Positions 47,701-58,598 of a stretch of 64,000 bases of DNA are shown piece after piece. Source of the stretch: a virus; the UHGV virus genome UHGV-0248979. One strand, 5' to 3'. The notes under the pieces are model-generated. The model made no database searches. It was not told the origin of the DNA and saw only the letters and a program-made list of their open reading frames with translations. How positions within the stretch are numbered: position 1 is the stretch's first letter; every line of letters begins with the position of its first letter. A program made the position numbers and the translations under genes.

Positions 47701-49082
47701 ACAAAATTCTGGCTATGCTCCCCGCTTCAACGTACTTTGTTGGTGGTGAGACGTATGACGTACCGTTAATGTCGGTTAACGTCACTGAACGTTTCCCGAA
47801 TCCGAAAACGTTGATCTACGCAGGAATTTTTGTTGATATTGTTGACAACAAAGCGAAGTATGTTATCCACGACAGCTACAATCAGGCTGAAACGGATACC
47901 ATGACGCGCGTGGGAAGACTCGTTGTCAATGAGCTTTCCGAAGTGGACGTAGTGGAATTGCGTAACGTGACACGATTAGGCGAATTCCACGAGCTGAAAG
48001 ACCACATCGCTAATGACAACGCACACATTCAACGTTCTGCTTCGCGTGCAGTATTGGGGTTAAGTGATTTAACAGTAGGTGCACCTTGCTGGGCTTCTGG
48101 ACTCCAGGCAGTAGTGCGTGGTGAAGCAGATTGGCGTTATGTTGTTCGTGGACAGTATAAAGCCTTAGACGGGGTGAAATACGACCAGATCGCATCAAAG
48201 TGGATTTTCGATGCGAAAGGGGTAAGTGACAACGTTCACGGGTTTATTCACAACTTATTCCCGACTTTCAAAAACGCAGGAATGCGGGTAAGTTGGGAAA
48301 CAGAAAGCAACGCAAAAACCGGAACAGTGTTAGAAACTGTTTTAGGTTGTTGGAAGAACACCGACGGCGAGTTTATGCGGTTGTCATTACTTATCACTCG
48401 CGGTTATCGTTTAACTGACAGTAACGGTGAATATTGTTACGCAGGGTTCGGTTTGAACTTCGGTAGCGGGAAATCGGTAGTGGTAGGTTTCACACCAACG
48501 AAGCGTGTTACGCCTGCACCGTGGAGTTCATTACGACCTGACGTAACGTTTACCCACACCCGTGGTGCAAACAACGCAATAACGTTTAATGCATCGCTGA
48601 CTTTAGCTGGCACTGTGTATACTATCGTGGTGTTTTTATCCGCGACAGATAAATACGTAAGCTGTACGGCGGCAGGGGGAACTACGCAGAAAATCCCATT
48701 AGCCGACCGTTTAACCGGGTTCAATATCGAACCTATCGTTAATGATCCGTATACCCCTATTTACTACGGTTTAGGGGGACTTTATGAGGATGAGGTTCGT
48801 GCCAACATCCGCTCTACAGCAGACAGCGCAACTGCGAACAAAGTCTACGGTACGTTGTTGGACTATGTTAGCAACTATTCCTCATTAAATCGAGTACGCG
48901 TCATGGAATTGTCCGGTGTCAGCTCAGACCCCGAAACGCTTAATGCGTTAGTGGCAACTGAATTTAATAACAACCTGGCAGATTACGCTGCGTTACCGAT
49001 ACCTCCTTATCTTAACAAGGAGCGCGTAATGTCGTTTATCGACACCGACAATAAAGTGCAGGCGGTAATCATTCGCGATTAA
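44760..49082 (+). CDS. tail fiber-like / receptor-binding protein 1 (1440 aa)
   Basis: Giant Thr/Gly/Ser/Asn/Val-rich ORF, SD AGGAG; N-terminal domain shared with the next three genes. Confidence 0.55.
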   Translation: MAVVLDPHFKKPGNKITGEAVAVIGTKYRMLVPAHAPFFTTSLVVKSGGKILTLGDDYVITHPYETGMLRTAYLIHGMIWIVNDKYKSNFTVDYHAVGCGEATQEQITAERELNKGKYPSACQWDTVIGDVYFPPVDIQFDWENWKGELELMQAIAGVGDSLGEVVSRLNPIARNTLDLEYRANSKVITSEQYAAYDNKGGFTYNTARHRYSLSYKATTFNNYSLSVKHRIPAILPDMTKLNPNEQIDWMLCYANGGASILRLQLKQRKISLVLTVAIGSGSSNYDYTLINGLTDDELKNDIDFSVTRQPGNGVYVIVVKTNKQTMDYTFNVDTPPDEFSAGYSKTDVAKWLKSKTNINLNWYAAENDNVQIRSLPGAPEPDVDNDVYQLIVKYHQLVEQLYRNAPAHEHVTRKDNPHTDTWGPIRALELNGIASDAALAYGKTKPQLTDYVNAKYPTQATLTAQKKLLRTSATKTANGTIGTLPGFTSFTTEVDPVSMSKYVSPRFSESYVSNGHRYHGALRYTGTKSGFATSFNAVPANLQDIDFIVTGRKTASGNEAVGTVSLRFYQKPGTNSGKFIQLTGEISAGKVGVKLELNGFSNPTPEVQYLSQAPNPAIPDGDFTLRFQLKRTGNVFDVVITINGKTYSARVNFTNMDAALEALENSHHFKSLISNVADNVTISSGNKGNTVTIKKAPDVVDGTRLGAQFVVDPKSIKFIGQGSTEVNAGNNPVTFQAGTNQLILYPDDRGLQWRGKKLLDPTTVAPYLPGNTAGGTGLFYGTSTTTVELTGSGIKASPFVATFILPTATDTTALAAWQLTDEFGTAENLAATPALIEKLDAEFTGKLVAVKSYINDMQLTSSVTIDKITFGLGNVANTPDVNLPISTAQRAELDKYSPKVHQHPFTAFGTGNATTAKRGLIKFGLDVDDATLALDGSVVMAQTSQIEKLENAVGGVDSGARVDIIRFGKSGDDLINVTVKDKILAMLPASTYFVGGETYDVPLMSVNVTERFPNPKTLIYAGIFVDIVDNKAKYVIHDSYNQAETDTMTRVGRLVVNELSEVDVVELRNVTRLGEFHELKDHIANDNAHIQRSASRAVLGLSDLTVGAPCWASGLQAVVRGEADWRYVVRGQYKALDGVKYDQIASKWIFDAKGVSDNVHGFIHNLFPTFKNAGMRVSWETESNAKTGTVLETVLGCWKNTDGEFMRLSLLITRGYRLTDSNGEYCYAGFGLNFGSGKSVVVGFTPTKRVTPAPWSSLRPDVTFTHTRGANNAITFNASLTLAGTVYTIVVFLSATDKYVSCTAAGGTTQKIPLADRLTGFNIEPIVNDPYTPIYYGLGGLYEDEVRANIRSTADSATANKVYGTLLDYVSNYSSLNRVRVMELSGVSSDPETLNALVATEFNNNLADYAALPIPPYLNKERVMSFIDTDNKVQAVIIRD

Positions 49083-49095
49083 GGAGAATTTTTTG

Positions 49096-52000
49096 ATGAA
49101 AGCGTATCCTTACGATCCTCGGGGGACGAAAACCGAGAATCACTTCTTAGAGGAGCGTATCATCGGGTCAGAAAACAACAACGATCGGGTGGTGATTTTA
49201 GACCATCGCCCGTTCTTTGAAGATTTAGTCGTCAGACAACCAGGTTCAACCACCCCACTGAGTCGTGGGGTGGACTACGAACTGCAATATCAGCTGACGG
49301 AACTGGATGACTCGGTAGCAGCCAACGTGTATTGTGGGGTACACCTTATCAACCCTTCCATCAAAGGCATCGTAACCTTTGAAGGACAAATGCTCGGCGG
49401 TACGTTCTACGACCCGTTTGTTGATATTCTCGATGAGCTGGTGAAATATTTGAATAACCCAGTCAGCGCTGACTGGTTGTTATTAGAAGGCAGACCGTCG
49501 TTATACCCGGCTACGCCTGCGGCAACGTCTTGGGCGGATTTGCTAAACAAAAAATATTTAGCGTCGGCAGTCCACGATGTTGAATTGAAAACCGATGACG
49601 CTAACCAGTTAATTAAAGATAAATTAGCCGAAGTTAAAGCGTTAGTCGCCGCGCTGGGTAAAGAAATCGAGACATTTAACTACCCGGCACACATCGCGGA
49701 AACCAACCCGCACCAAACCACTTCTGCACAGATTAACGCACATCCTGTTAACTTGAAAACACCCGACACCTTTATGGCGTACGGGTTAAAGTTGAAAGCA
49801 TTGACGGATGAGCTGAAAGCGTTTCGTTTACCACAGTCAGTTATTGACACGTATATCTCCCACTGGATTTCTTCAGAAGTACGGGGTGTGTTTAACTGTA
49901 CGGTGTCAGGAAACCGTGCACAGTTCCGCTCAAAAAACGGTGAGTCAGAAATCATTTTTGCGAATGATGGCTTTACGTTAAAATCCAACGGTTCTGTAGT
50001 GTTAGCGGTAGGGCATCTGGAAGGAACGGGTGCAGGACGTTACATTAACTGGCGTGCTGGTAAAAACATCCTACGTATCGAGTCAACAGGCGATGCTTTA
50101 GGGATGAACAAACTCACCCTAAACGGTAACCCGTTACTGACCACCACAGCATTGATGGAATACCAACAAGATCCTGATGCTGGCGGGAGCGGTGGCGGTG
50201 ACCCCGACGACTCAAAGGTGTACATCGAAGGCCGTAATGGGATTAGCTTCACCGGTAAAGGCTCTCGGACCGATCCTATCGTGGGTACTATCGACCCGAC
50301 GAAAGCGACAACCACTGAAAAAGGTGTTGTTAAGCTTAAAACTGGTAAAGGTACAGAAATCGTTGGGGTTGCAGCAACTCCGGCTTCGTTAGCGCCATAT
50401 GCGACCGACCTATCGGGGTATGTGGCTAAAACGACCATGATTAACGGTAAGCCAATGAATGACGGCTCCAGGACAATCACGAAAGCTGACCTGGGGTTAG
50501 GGCAAGCGGATAATACCGCAGATCTTGACAAACCGTTGTCAACCAAGTTAACTGAGGCGGTTAGCGGTCTAGCAGATGTGGGCCATCATCACGATTGGTC
50601 GGAGTTAGGTATTTATAAAGCTTCTCAATCTGTTTACGGTATTGGTCGTTATGCAACTAACCAGAACGGTTTGGTTGAAAACCGTGCAGTGGTACCGAAC
50701 ATCCTAAAAGAGCTTTCGGCACGTTTAAGTGTGGTCGCTGCGGCAATTGCAAATGCGAAAGAAGGAACAGTCACGGATTTCGCTGCTGTAAAAGGCGCAG
50801 ACTGGCGATTTAATAGCCAGGGTACGGCAATCTCCGTTCAGGATTTGAAATATTTCTATTTGCTGGACGGCACGAAAGGTGACAGTACCGTTACCGGTGC
50901 GATTGACCTGCAAACCACTCCGATGTTTAACTGGTTCTCACCGAACAACCAACTTGAGCTGACTTGGCCTACGGGTAAGGTGAGTAAAGGTACCGGGATT
51001 AGTTGGGATGGAATTGTTGATCCCCCAACAATGGGGTTTCAGTCAGTTCCGGTAGGTAAAAGCGCCACCCAGATGGGCGTTCAGTCCGTTGTATCGGTAC
51101 TGGCTAAAACGCGCGTCAAAGCTCGTCAGAAAAGGCTGTTTGTTTATGCCGCTGGCGGTGGGACAATAACCGTTTATGTAAATGGTGTTGTAGGCGCTAC
51201 TGGTGCGTCGCCATTGTTAATGAACTATGGAACGTCTCCAGATGTTGAAAACTACACAATTGCTGTTAAAGCAGAGTGTAGTGACACGGCTAAATCTGCA
51301 GCGGTACAGTTCGAAGTTTACGATGGTGACTACCCCGTTTATTTCAGTGGTCCTGAAACGCGTGTAGAGCTTCTCCAGGAGTTTGTCACAACGCATGTAG
51401 GTATTCGTCATTATTTGTACGTTAACATGCTCACAGGCTCTCTGTATTCGCGTGCTGAACCAGTTCAAGGATTTGAGGTCGATCCAGAACGCGGATATAT
51501 CGGTTATGTTGATATCGTTCCTGGTCAGTCTTACGCGAATAAAACCGTGGGATTTGAAACCACGTTTGATTTCGGGAAAAGTGCGGAAGTTAGCGAGCAT
51601 AATAGTATTCGTAAGGCACACGGTCTCAACGCTGCGGACTGGTCACTGACGGATAACCCACGGTTGCCGTTATTAAACCGTGCTATTGCCGAACCAAGAG
51701 CGTGTATCTTTAGGAAACCGTTAGCAACCGCTACAGGGGATGTTTTCCATCTTGTCAGTCGTGGTCTTTATACTTACGCACACAACCAAAACGTGAAGTC
51801 GAGTCTTCAATACGTTGTGATACCTGAAGGTGCTACGCCGTATTGTTGGTTTACACCATTTAACCCGAAAGAAAACAACGCACCGACATTCGAAGGCTCG
51901 TTTGCGTTCGATGTTGACGATGTTGGTGGAACGCAAGCCCTTGCTGCTGCGCCGGATTTGGTTCTATGCACGTCAACGCAAGGTAGCAGCGTTAAACGTC

Positions 52001-53277
52001 GCTATCTGCGCATTGACCTAACTACCAAAACCTGTAAGTTGGGGATTGGTTCCCGTTCAGATTCTGCTGTTACGGATATTCCGTTAGTGATGGAGGAGTC
52101 TGGGGAAACGGCAGTGGCCGCAACGTTTAAGGATGTGTTGTTCAACGGTGAGGAAACCAACGCGGCGACGCTCGACTTGATAGGTTGGGGTGCCAGCCGA
52201 GATAAAATTTCTGCAAACCATGCACCTCGTGGCATGATTCGCTATCGTTACAACGTAAACAGTCGGGTATTACGTTTAGCACTGACGTTCTCACAGTTCG
52301 GAACGACAACAGTTAAACATCGACAGCTGGAGATTCAATTCCCGTTCGATTTAGTGGATTATTTCACTGGCGACGGTGTGGGATTGTCGTTTAAAGAACT
52401 GTCTGCGAAATGCCGTGTAACGATTAGTCACGCGCTGATTGATCCGGCTACGAGTAACGTCGACATTGATAAGTACCATTACTTACGTTCGTTGTTCGAA
52501 TCGTATCTGGATTCGTCCGTTGGGTATTTGGCTGATACCAAAGACGTTGATTTTAGTCAGACTGTGATTGACCCCGCGACTTATGAGATTAGTCAGAAAT
52601 ACCGCGTTACAGAAAGCATCGCGCTGCCAACCGGCCAGGGAAGTGTTGCTGTTTCACATGACGGTCAGTTGCCTGCGCAGTTCTTTGACCGTAAGCTGTC
52701 TCGTGGTGCCTTGATGGCCAAGAAAGGTGAACTCAACGCTTCCTGGAATAATGAGTGGAGCACGACTAAAGCTGCTGCGAGTCGTTATCGCCATAAACTC
52801 ATTCTACGCTTTGCACAAGGTGCTGATAAACAGCAGTATCGCGTTGCAAAAGTGGCCGGGACGGTGAAGTCTAACTGGCCGGGTAAAGTGATTATCGGTG
52901 ATGCCGGGAAGGACCCGTATGTATCGGCTATTGATAGCGTATCTTTTGCGCTTTCGACCGCCTCTGATACAGGTAAAGCGATTACTCTTACGCCAAAGGA
53001 CTTACGTGTAGGTCAGGACATTTATATTGTCTTAGAACCGCCCGGCAATAATCCGGAAGGTTATGAACTTAACTTTACCTGTTCGTTAGATGTCACTGAC
53101 GAGAAAAGTGTCCGTCAAGATCAACTCAATGCACAGAGTTTCGAACTCCGTAGCGGCGAAAGTCAGTTCTTAATGGAGAAACGCAACCCGTACCACATCA
53201 CGAGTAAAGCGTGGAAGTGGATTCTGGCTGTACTGAAACGAGAACTTAACGGGAAGCAGTTAGGGGATCGTACTTAG
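49096..53277 (+). CDS. tail fiber-like / receptor-binding protein 2 (1393 aa)
   Basis: SD AAGGAG overlapping upstream stop; shared N-terminal motif PFFEDLVV...GVDYEL; contains HHHDW. Confidence 0.55.
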   Translation: MKAYPYDPRGTKTENHFLEERIIGSENNNDRVVILDHRPFFEDLVVRQPGSTTPLSRGVDYELQYQLTELDDSVAANVYCGVHLINPSIKGIVTFEGQMLGGTFYDPFVDILDELVKYLNNPVSADWLLLEGRPSLYPATPAATSWADLLNKKYLASAVHDVELKTDDANQLIKDKLAEVKALVAALGKEIETFNYPAHIAETNPHQTTSAQINAHPVNLKTPDTFMAYGLKLKALTDELKAFRLPQSVIDTYISHWISSEVRGVFNCTVSGNRAQFRSKNGESEIIFANDGFTLKSNGSVVLAVGHLEGTGAGRYINWRAGKNILRIESTGDALGMNKLTLNGNPLLTTTALMEYQQDPDAGGSGGGDPDDSKVYIEGRNGISFTGKGSRTDPIVGTIDPTKATTTEKGVVKLKTGKGTEIVGVAATPASLAPYATDLSGYVAKTTMINGKPMNDGSRTITKADLGLGQADNTADLDKPLSTKLTEAVSGLADVGHHHDWSELGIYKASQSVYGIGRYATNQNGLVENRAVVPNILKELSARLSVVAAAIANAKEGTVTDFAAVKGADWRFNSQGTAISVQDLKYFYLLDGTKGDSTVTGAIDLQTTPMFNWFSPNNQLELTWPTGKVSKGTGISWDGIVDPPTMGFQSVPVGKSATQMGVQSVVSVLAKTRVKARQKRLFVYAAGGGTITVYVNGVVGATGASPLLMNYGTSPDVENYTIAVKAECSDTAKSAAVQFEVYDGDYPVYFSGPETRVELLQEFVTTHVGIRHYLYVNMLTGSLYSRAEPVQGFEVDPERGYIGYVDIVPGQSYANKTVGFETTFDFGKSAEVSEHNSIRKAHGLNAADWSLTDNPRLPLLNRAIAEPRACIFRKPLATATGDVFHLVSRGLYTYAHNQNVKSSLQYVVIPEGATPYCWFTPFNPKENNAPTFEGSFAFDVDDVGGTQALAAAPDLVLCTSTQGSSVKRRYLRIDLTTKTCKLGIGSRSDSAVTDIPLVMEESGETAVAATFKDVLFNGEETNAATLDLIGWGASRDKISANHAPRGMIRYRYNVNSRVLRLALTFSQFGTTTVKHRQLEIQFPFDLVDYFTGDGVGLSFKELSAKCRVTISHALIDPATSNVDIDKYHYLRSLFESYLDSSVGYLADTKDVDFSQTVIDPATYEISQKYRVTESIALPTGQGSVAVSHDGQLPAQFFDRKLSRGALMAKKGELNASWNNEWSTTKAAASRYRHKLILRFAQGADKQQYRVAKVAGTVKSNWPGKVIIGDAGKDPYVSAIDSVSFALSTASDTGKAITLTPKDLRVGQDIYIVLEPPGNNPEGYELNFTCSLDVTDEKSVRQDQLNAQSFELRSGESQFLMEKRNPYHITSKAWKWILAVLKRELNGKQLGDRT

Positions 53278-53315
53278 GACAGACTGCCTGCGGGCAGTTG
53301 TGTGTCCGTAGGTAA

Positions 53316-53339
53316 CCCCTCCCTGTAATGGGGAGGGGT
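53316..53339 (+). terminator. hairpin CCCCTCCC...GGGAGGGG followed by T-run
   Basis: 8-bp stem then TATCCATTTTATTT. Confidence 0.55.
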
Positions 53340-53371
53340 ATCCATTTTATTTAAAAGTAGGAGTCTTTACG

Positions 53372-56300
53372 ATGCCGAGAGAAGACGCGGCGCAGTTTAA
53401 CGGTACGCTAAGCACAACGACGTACCCTAACCGATTTAACGTGGTCATTCCGCCTGAAGGACCTTTTTATCGTATCGGATTAAAACTCACAGTAGCCGAC
53501 GATACCGCGCCTAACGGACGTCGTACTCTGATTGAGGGGTTGGACTACTATTTAGGCTATTACTTTAAAGAACTCGCAGAAGCTGAACAAGATCAGATTT
53601 ATGGCGGGTTTATGTTGCTTACTGCAACAGAAATCGAATATGAGATTTTAGGGGTAGCACGGCAGTATCGTGTACCGCAATCTGAAATCGGGAAGTTCTT
53701 AGTTCGTACTGACCTGAAAGACCCGCGTAACGTGGACTGGTCGGAGTTAATGGCGTACGCGCCGGTTATTCAACCAATCGACCCCCCTGCTAACTTAGAA
53801 GAAGCTATTCTGAGGGACGAGGTCGTTAAAGCGTTGAACGATATCCGTAAGAAAATCGTTCAGCGTTCAACAGAGTTAGATGCGGCCTTCACCGAAGTCA
53901 CTAACCTGATTTACGAGAACGGTAAAAAGATTTTCGATGAAGAACTATACCAACACCACCTTAATCCTAACGCTCACCAGTATACGACCAATGACGTTGG
54001 GGCCCTTCCGGTTTTAGGACGTGCTGTTGACGCTACAAAAGCGTTTGGGTTGACAATTGACCAACTGGCTACGCTGATGGGTTCGGCGGGCATTGAGCAA
54101 TCAGACGTTGAACAGCTAATGGGTGAAGCCCTCGGTACCGTTTACGGTCGTTGGGGCACCACGAACGGTAACGAACTAACGTTTAAAACACCGGGTGGAC
54201 ACATCATCAGCATCCGTGGTGATAAGTGGTTAATTACCTCCCCGCAACCGTTAGTGATTAAAGCAGACCAAGACAACAACGAATCCGGTTTGGCGGTTGA
54301 GTTTAGTGCGGGACTGAATACGCTTTGGGTACACTCTGGGTCAGAACAGGATGTATTAGCACCGGTCTATAACTCTGTGTATCTCGTTACACCAGAAATG
54401 GTGAACATGTACCTGACGTCTGTAACGTTACTTGAAGCGAATGCCTATTTCAAACCGTCAGACACCGTAAAACCGTACGGTACAGCGAAGCAGTCTAACC
54501 CACTAACGTTGAACGCGAATATTCCCACAGCAACCGAGTCGGTTTATGGGGTGTTTTCGATTACGAATATCGCAACCTCTGTAGCGCTAGGCACTGCTAT
54601 TTCCCAAAAGGCTGTGACCGAGTTAAAAAACCGGTTGGACTTGTACGTTGACGACGACTACACGGTTAACGGTAAAGGGTTTGTTAAGACAGGCGACAAC
54701 ATGGTGTTAACCTTAACGAAGGCCGATTTCGGTATCGATAAGATGAATAACACCGCACCCATCGCTAAACCGGTAACAAAAGCGTTAGCGAACGTGCTGA
54801 AAAATAAAAGTTTGAAGGTACACACGCACACTACCGCTGATTTGGATAATGTCCCGATTGGTAGCGCAACAGTGGACGGTATCTTACAGCTGTGGGATGC
54901 GATTGATACCACGAATGATAAAGCCGTCACATCACGCCAAGGGTGGCTGTTCGCAAAAGAGATTAAGAAGGTCTCTGATAAACTGAATACCCTCTTGCCC
55001 GCATGGACAACGGCCGGGAGCAAATATACCAACAATTCGATATTGCCGATCTTGTCGATGGGTAATTACGAAGGTTATGGTAAAAACATGGATGCGCTCC
55101 AGATGGTTATAGGGGTACAACAAGGTAAGCTTTATGCTTTAATTAGCTCTAAATCCGCCCTTCCGGGAACTGAGGGTATTTATTACGCTGTTGCTGGGTT
55201 AAAAAACGACAAAAGTCTCGGTGAAATTTACAAAACAACTTTCCGTTATAAGCCGAAAGGGTTAGAGACGAATTATCCGGGGGTGGAACTAAAAGAAATT
55301 ACCGTTACTGGTACCGAAGCATTTATAGCGAAGGGCAGCGACGATAATTATTATTTAGTTAAACTGAACGGTTCAATGGATTACACCAAACATACCGATG
55401 TCAGGTTGGTAACTTTCTCAGAATTTGTTTCAGAAACAACATGGGAATTTGTGCCGAATATGTTCATGGATCGTGTGGTCATAGCCGATAACGGCGTCTA
55501 TGTTTTGCGTACGATGCTAATGGCCGATCTGAAAAACAATAGTCTGGTGGACTACATTAAGGATACTCCGCAACCTATGTTCCGTGTTGGGTTATTGCGA
55601 CTTAATAAAACCGATCGGTTTGAACAGGTTGATTTAAGCTCTACACGAAAAATCGGTAAGTGTGCCGATTTGGTTGAACCTGGCGCGTTCGATGTAGATA
55701 ATCCGAATACGAAGCGTCTTGCCTACTTCACTGCGGAAGGCAAAGCGTTGTGGACAGTGAATTTACAATTAACTAGAGGGGTGTCAAGATGGATAACGCC
55801 CGTTGTTAAGGACGGTCACTTGTTAACCGTCGGCGTGTCTGGCGTTTGTCTTGGTTTTTCTTCAACGAAAGGTACCACATTCGGGCCATGGAATGGTGCT
55901 TATCGTCTCGACCTATTAACCGGGGAGGTTGGGTTAGAGACAACTAACATCTTCCCAATCAAAATCGATACTACAGGTTGCTACTTAAAAGACGGAACAA
56001 AAATAGAGCTGAAATGGAAATGGGCTACTCGAAGTTCTGGCTATATGGCCGACAATAGAATCTGTGTCGGTGATATGGTTTATTCTTGCTGCTGTTCGAC
56101 AGAAAAACAACTTGCACCATCTCTCCATTACCAGAAACTCCCAGAAGGAGTTAGTTATCTGGACTATGTTAAGTTGAGTGTGGGGTATGAGGGGCAATCT
56201 ACGTTTGAAAATCGGATAAATCCTGTGGTGGGTTCGGTGTGGAAACCGTCTATGACCTTCCCATTGTTCTTCCCAGGAACAAACAAAGTATGGCTTAAAC

Positions 56301-58558
56301 ATCAAAAATCGGCTTATTTCATCGAAGCCGAATATGATAAAAATACGACCTATGGTTATCCTGGATACGCTGGTTTTGGACCAACATCCCGCCGTGTTGA
56401 AAAAACAGCGAACGAATACGGCATATTGACAAATATACCGCTGGTTGTTACGCCAGAAATACCGAAAGGTCTACTAGATGGGGCTTACTTTATCGGTGCT
56501 GAAAGTAAACCATGTAAAGTTGTTTACGGTACCACTACGGTGGCTAGTGATCGGTTGTCTATCGATGCGGCAGAATGGGCGAAGTTGACTAATATTGTTC
56601 AGTCCAGCCAGTTCTCTGGGGCATCTAACGGCAACGCCTATGAGCGGATTAGCGTAGCTAAGACCAAAAAGAACAACTACAGTTTGTCCTTTTGGGTGCT
56701 TGGTCAAACGATGTCTGGTGGTCCGCTTTGTATCGCGATAGTGAGTCTTATCTATAAAGACACTGACGGGGTAAATAAGTTTGCTTTTTACTTCTTTCAG
56801 GTAAAACCGACTATAACCAACGGGGTCATAAGGTTCGTTAGTTCGGAAGCGAGAATGATGACGTTCAGGGAAAAAGTGGCCAGTAACGCCATTAATCTCT
56901 CACCCACAGCTTTTAATGGTGAACTTAAACAACGCTCCGGTCAAGTTTTCCTTTATTCGCAAGACGGACAAAAGTTCAGATTCTCAATACATAACCTGGT
57001 TGGCGGGAATCTTGTAGGATCAGAGATTTCTTTTGCTTTTGGGATAAACTTGACTAAAAAAGGCGAATGGTTTACCGGCGAAATTCATCGGGCGTGGGGC
57101 TATACGTATACGCTGAATAATACATCTGAAGTCTATATACCCGATCTCTCGGGCATCGCGCTATTGACTTGTAACTCGGAAGATTTAAACGAGTTGTATC
57201 TCGGTGGCGAACAGTATAGAATCTCTGATTTGTTTAACAAAAAATATACTGTTATCGATAAGATTATTATTGGTGGCGTACAAACACAGAGCGGTTGGAA
57301 TTTCTATCTGACGGAGGAAACCGAGTTAAGTTTTGGAAATAAAAGATATACCGTTCCAAGATGGTCCGTTGATTTAAGCGATGAATTCCCGACCAATCAC
57401 GCTAACCAGACGTTCTACGTTTATGCTGAAGTGGTCGGTTCTACTGCCCAATACCGCATCGGTTTAGAGCAGTTAGCTGATACCTCGTCGAGACTGTTTG
57501 TTGGGACAGTAACCACTGATTCGAACCGTATTACGGATATCAGTATCGATAAAGTAAAACGGTTAGGTCGCGTAAAAGAGCTGGAAAATCATGCCTCGAT
57601 TGTTGATCAGCATGATGTGGCGCAGGCGTTCGACAGGAAAACTGGCCCACTATTAACGCTGGTTAATAAACCCGTTAAAGTCGTTACAGCATCTGCGAGC
57701 AAGGGTGCTGGGTATGTCGATGGTCAGAAATGGAATACGTTGTCCGGGATTACAACACGTTCCAGGTTGCCGGTACAGGAAACCTATTCAGGTTATAAAA
57801 GTATCAGCAGGGTGGCGTATGAGAACTGCGCTGACCAGTTCTGGCAGAAAGCGGTTGCTGCGAACGTTGCAGCGGCTACTGCTTCTGAGAACAAACAAGC
57901 AGCAACCGCGAACATGAAGTGGTTGGGCGCGTATACGAAACCGACTACTGGCGAGTATGCATATCTGGCATTGAGTCTGCGTGTTAAAGTACCTGGCGAT
58001 CCTGGTACTACTAATCGTCGACTGAAAATCAGGCTTGCGGCCCCGACAGGTATAACTCAAGTTCGTTACGGGCTAAATCAGTCTGGCGGTACGATGACTG
58101 AACAGACAGTAACGCTAACTGCTAACAGTTACCTGGAAAAAGAACACGCGGGATTTAAGCCAGCCGCCGAAGTCCGCCTTCATGCTACGTTTGTCATTCC
58201 AAAAAATGAATACGATAGTTACCGGACCAAATTTGGTGCTGTTCAGCTGATTGACGTTGAGACGAACACTGTCATTAAACAGACAGATATCGACACACCG
58301 TTTATCGTGTACACCGCCACAGAGCAAGCGGCACAATCTGGTTTGGTGTATAAAGCGGTTAAGAGTCAGTTTCGTCAACTCCCGGCTCAACCTGTCGTCA
58401 TTGTAACTGATGGACAGACAGGGACTACACCACCGGTGAAAACCGCGTTTTCTGACGGGACATTAACGGTCTACGTGGCAACCACGTACGATGCGGTTAA
58501 CCCAGCACAAACTCGCGATATCGATAAGCTCCAGTTCAATCTTATGTTTACATCTTAA
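53372..58558 (+). CDS. tail fiber-like / receptor-binding protein 3 (1728 aa)
   Basis: SD AGGAG; shared N-terminal motif GPFYRIGL...GLDYYL. Confidence 0.55.
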   Translation: MPREDAAQFNGTLSTTTYPNRFNVVIPPEGPFYRIGLKLTVADDTAPNGRRTLIEGLDYYLGYYFKELAEAEQDQIYGGFMLLTATEIEYEILGVARQYRVPQSEIGKFLVRTDLKDPRNVDWSELMAYAPVIQPIDPPANLEEAILRDEVVKALNDIRKKIVQRSTELDAAFTEVTNLIYENGKKIFDEELYQHHLNPNAHQYTTNDVGALPVLGRAVDATKAFGLTIDQLATLMGSAGIEQSDVEQLMGEALGTVYGRWGTTNGNELTFKTPGGHIISIRGDKWLITSPQPLVIKADQDNNESGLAVEFSAGLNTLWVHSGSEQDVLAPVYNSVYLVTPEMVNMYLTSVTLLEANAYFKPSDTVKPYGTAKQSNPLTLNANIPTATESVYGVFSITNIATSVALGTAISQKAVTELKNRLDLYVDDDYTVNGKGFVKTGDNMVLTLTKADFGIDKMNNTAPIAKPVTKALANVLKNKSLKVHTHTTADLDNVPIGSATVDGILQLWDAIDTTNDKAVTSRQGWLFAKEIKKVSDKLNTLLPAWTTAGSKYTNNSILPILSMGNYEGYGKNMDALQMVIGVQQGKLYALISSKSALPGTEGIYYAVAGLKNDKSLGEIYKTTFRYKPKGLETNYPGVELKEITVTGTEAFIAKGSDDNYYLVKLNGSMDYTKHTDVRLVTFSEFVSETTWEFVPNMFMDRVVIADNGVYVLRTMLMADLKNNSLVDYIKDTPQPMFRVGLLRLNKTDRFEQVDLSSTRKIGKCADLVEPGAFDVDNPNTKRLAYFTAEGKALWTVNLQLTRGVSRWITPVVKDGHLLTVGVSGVCLGFSSTKGTTFGPWNGAYRLDLLTGEVGLETTNIFPIKIDTTGCYLKDGTKIELKWKWATRSSGYMADNRICVGDMVYSCCCSTEKQLAPSLHYQKLPEGVSYLDYVKLSVGYEGQSTFENRINPVVGSVWKPSMTFPLFFPGTNKVWLKHQKSAYFIEAEYDKNTTYGYPGYAGFGPTSRRVEKTANEYGILTNIPLVVTPEIPKGLLDGAYFIGAESKPCKVVYGTTTVASDRLSIDAAEWAKLTNIVQSSQFSGASNGNAYERISVAKTKKNNYSLSFWVLGQTMSGGPLCIAIVSLIYKDTDGVNKFAFYFFQVKPTITNGVIRFVSSEARMMTFREKVASNAINLSPTAFNGELKQRSGQVFLYSQDGQKFRFSIHNLVGGNLVGSEISFAFGINLTKKGEWFTGEIHRAWGYTYTLNNTSEVYIPDLSGIALLTCNSEDLNELYLGGEQYRISDLFNKKYTVIDKIIIGGVQTQSGWNFYLTEETELSFGNKRYTVPRWSVDLSDEFPTNHANQTFYVYAEVVGSTAQYRIGLEQLADTSSRLFVGTVTTDSNRITDISIDKVKRLGRVKELENHASIVDQHDVAQAFDRKTGPLLTLVNKPVKVVTASASKGAGYVDGQKWNTLSGITTRSRLPVQETYSGYKSISRVAYENCADQFWQKAVAANVAAATASENKQAATANMKWLGAYTKPTTGEYAYLALSLRVKVPGDPGTTNRRLKIRLAAPTGITQVRYGLNQSGGTMTEQTVTLTANSYLEKEHAGFKPAAEVRLHATFVIPKNEYDSYRTKFGAVQLIDVETNTVIKQTDIDTPFIVYTATEQAAQSGLVYKAVKSQFRQLPAQPVVIVTDGQTGTTPPVKTAFSDGTLTVYVATTYDAVNPAQTRDIDKLQFNLMFTS

Positions 58559-58598
58559 CGCCACGAGACAAGGACGTCTCGGATTAAGGAGAGTGGCC

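Noticed and set aside
45152-58390. Numerous 60-170 aa ORFs on the minus strand (and alternate plus frames) inside the giant fibre genes, e.g. 45152-45367, 47096-47404, 50040-50546, 54658-55035
   Set aside because: Fully embedded antisense or out-of-frame within long, well-supported ORFs; no RBS context; typical chance ORFs.
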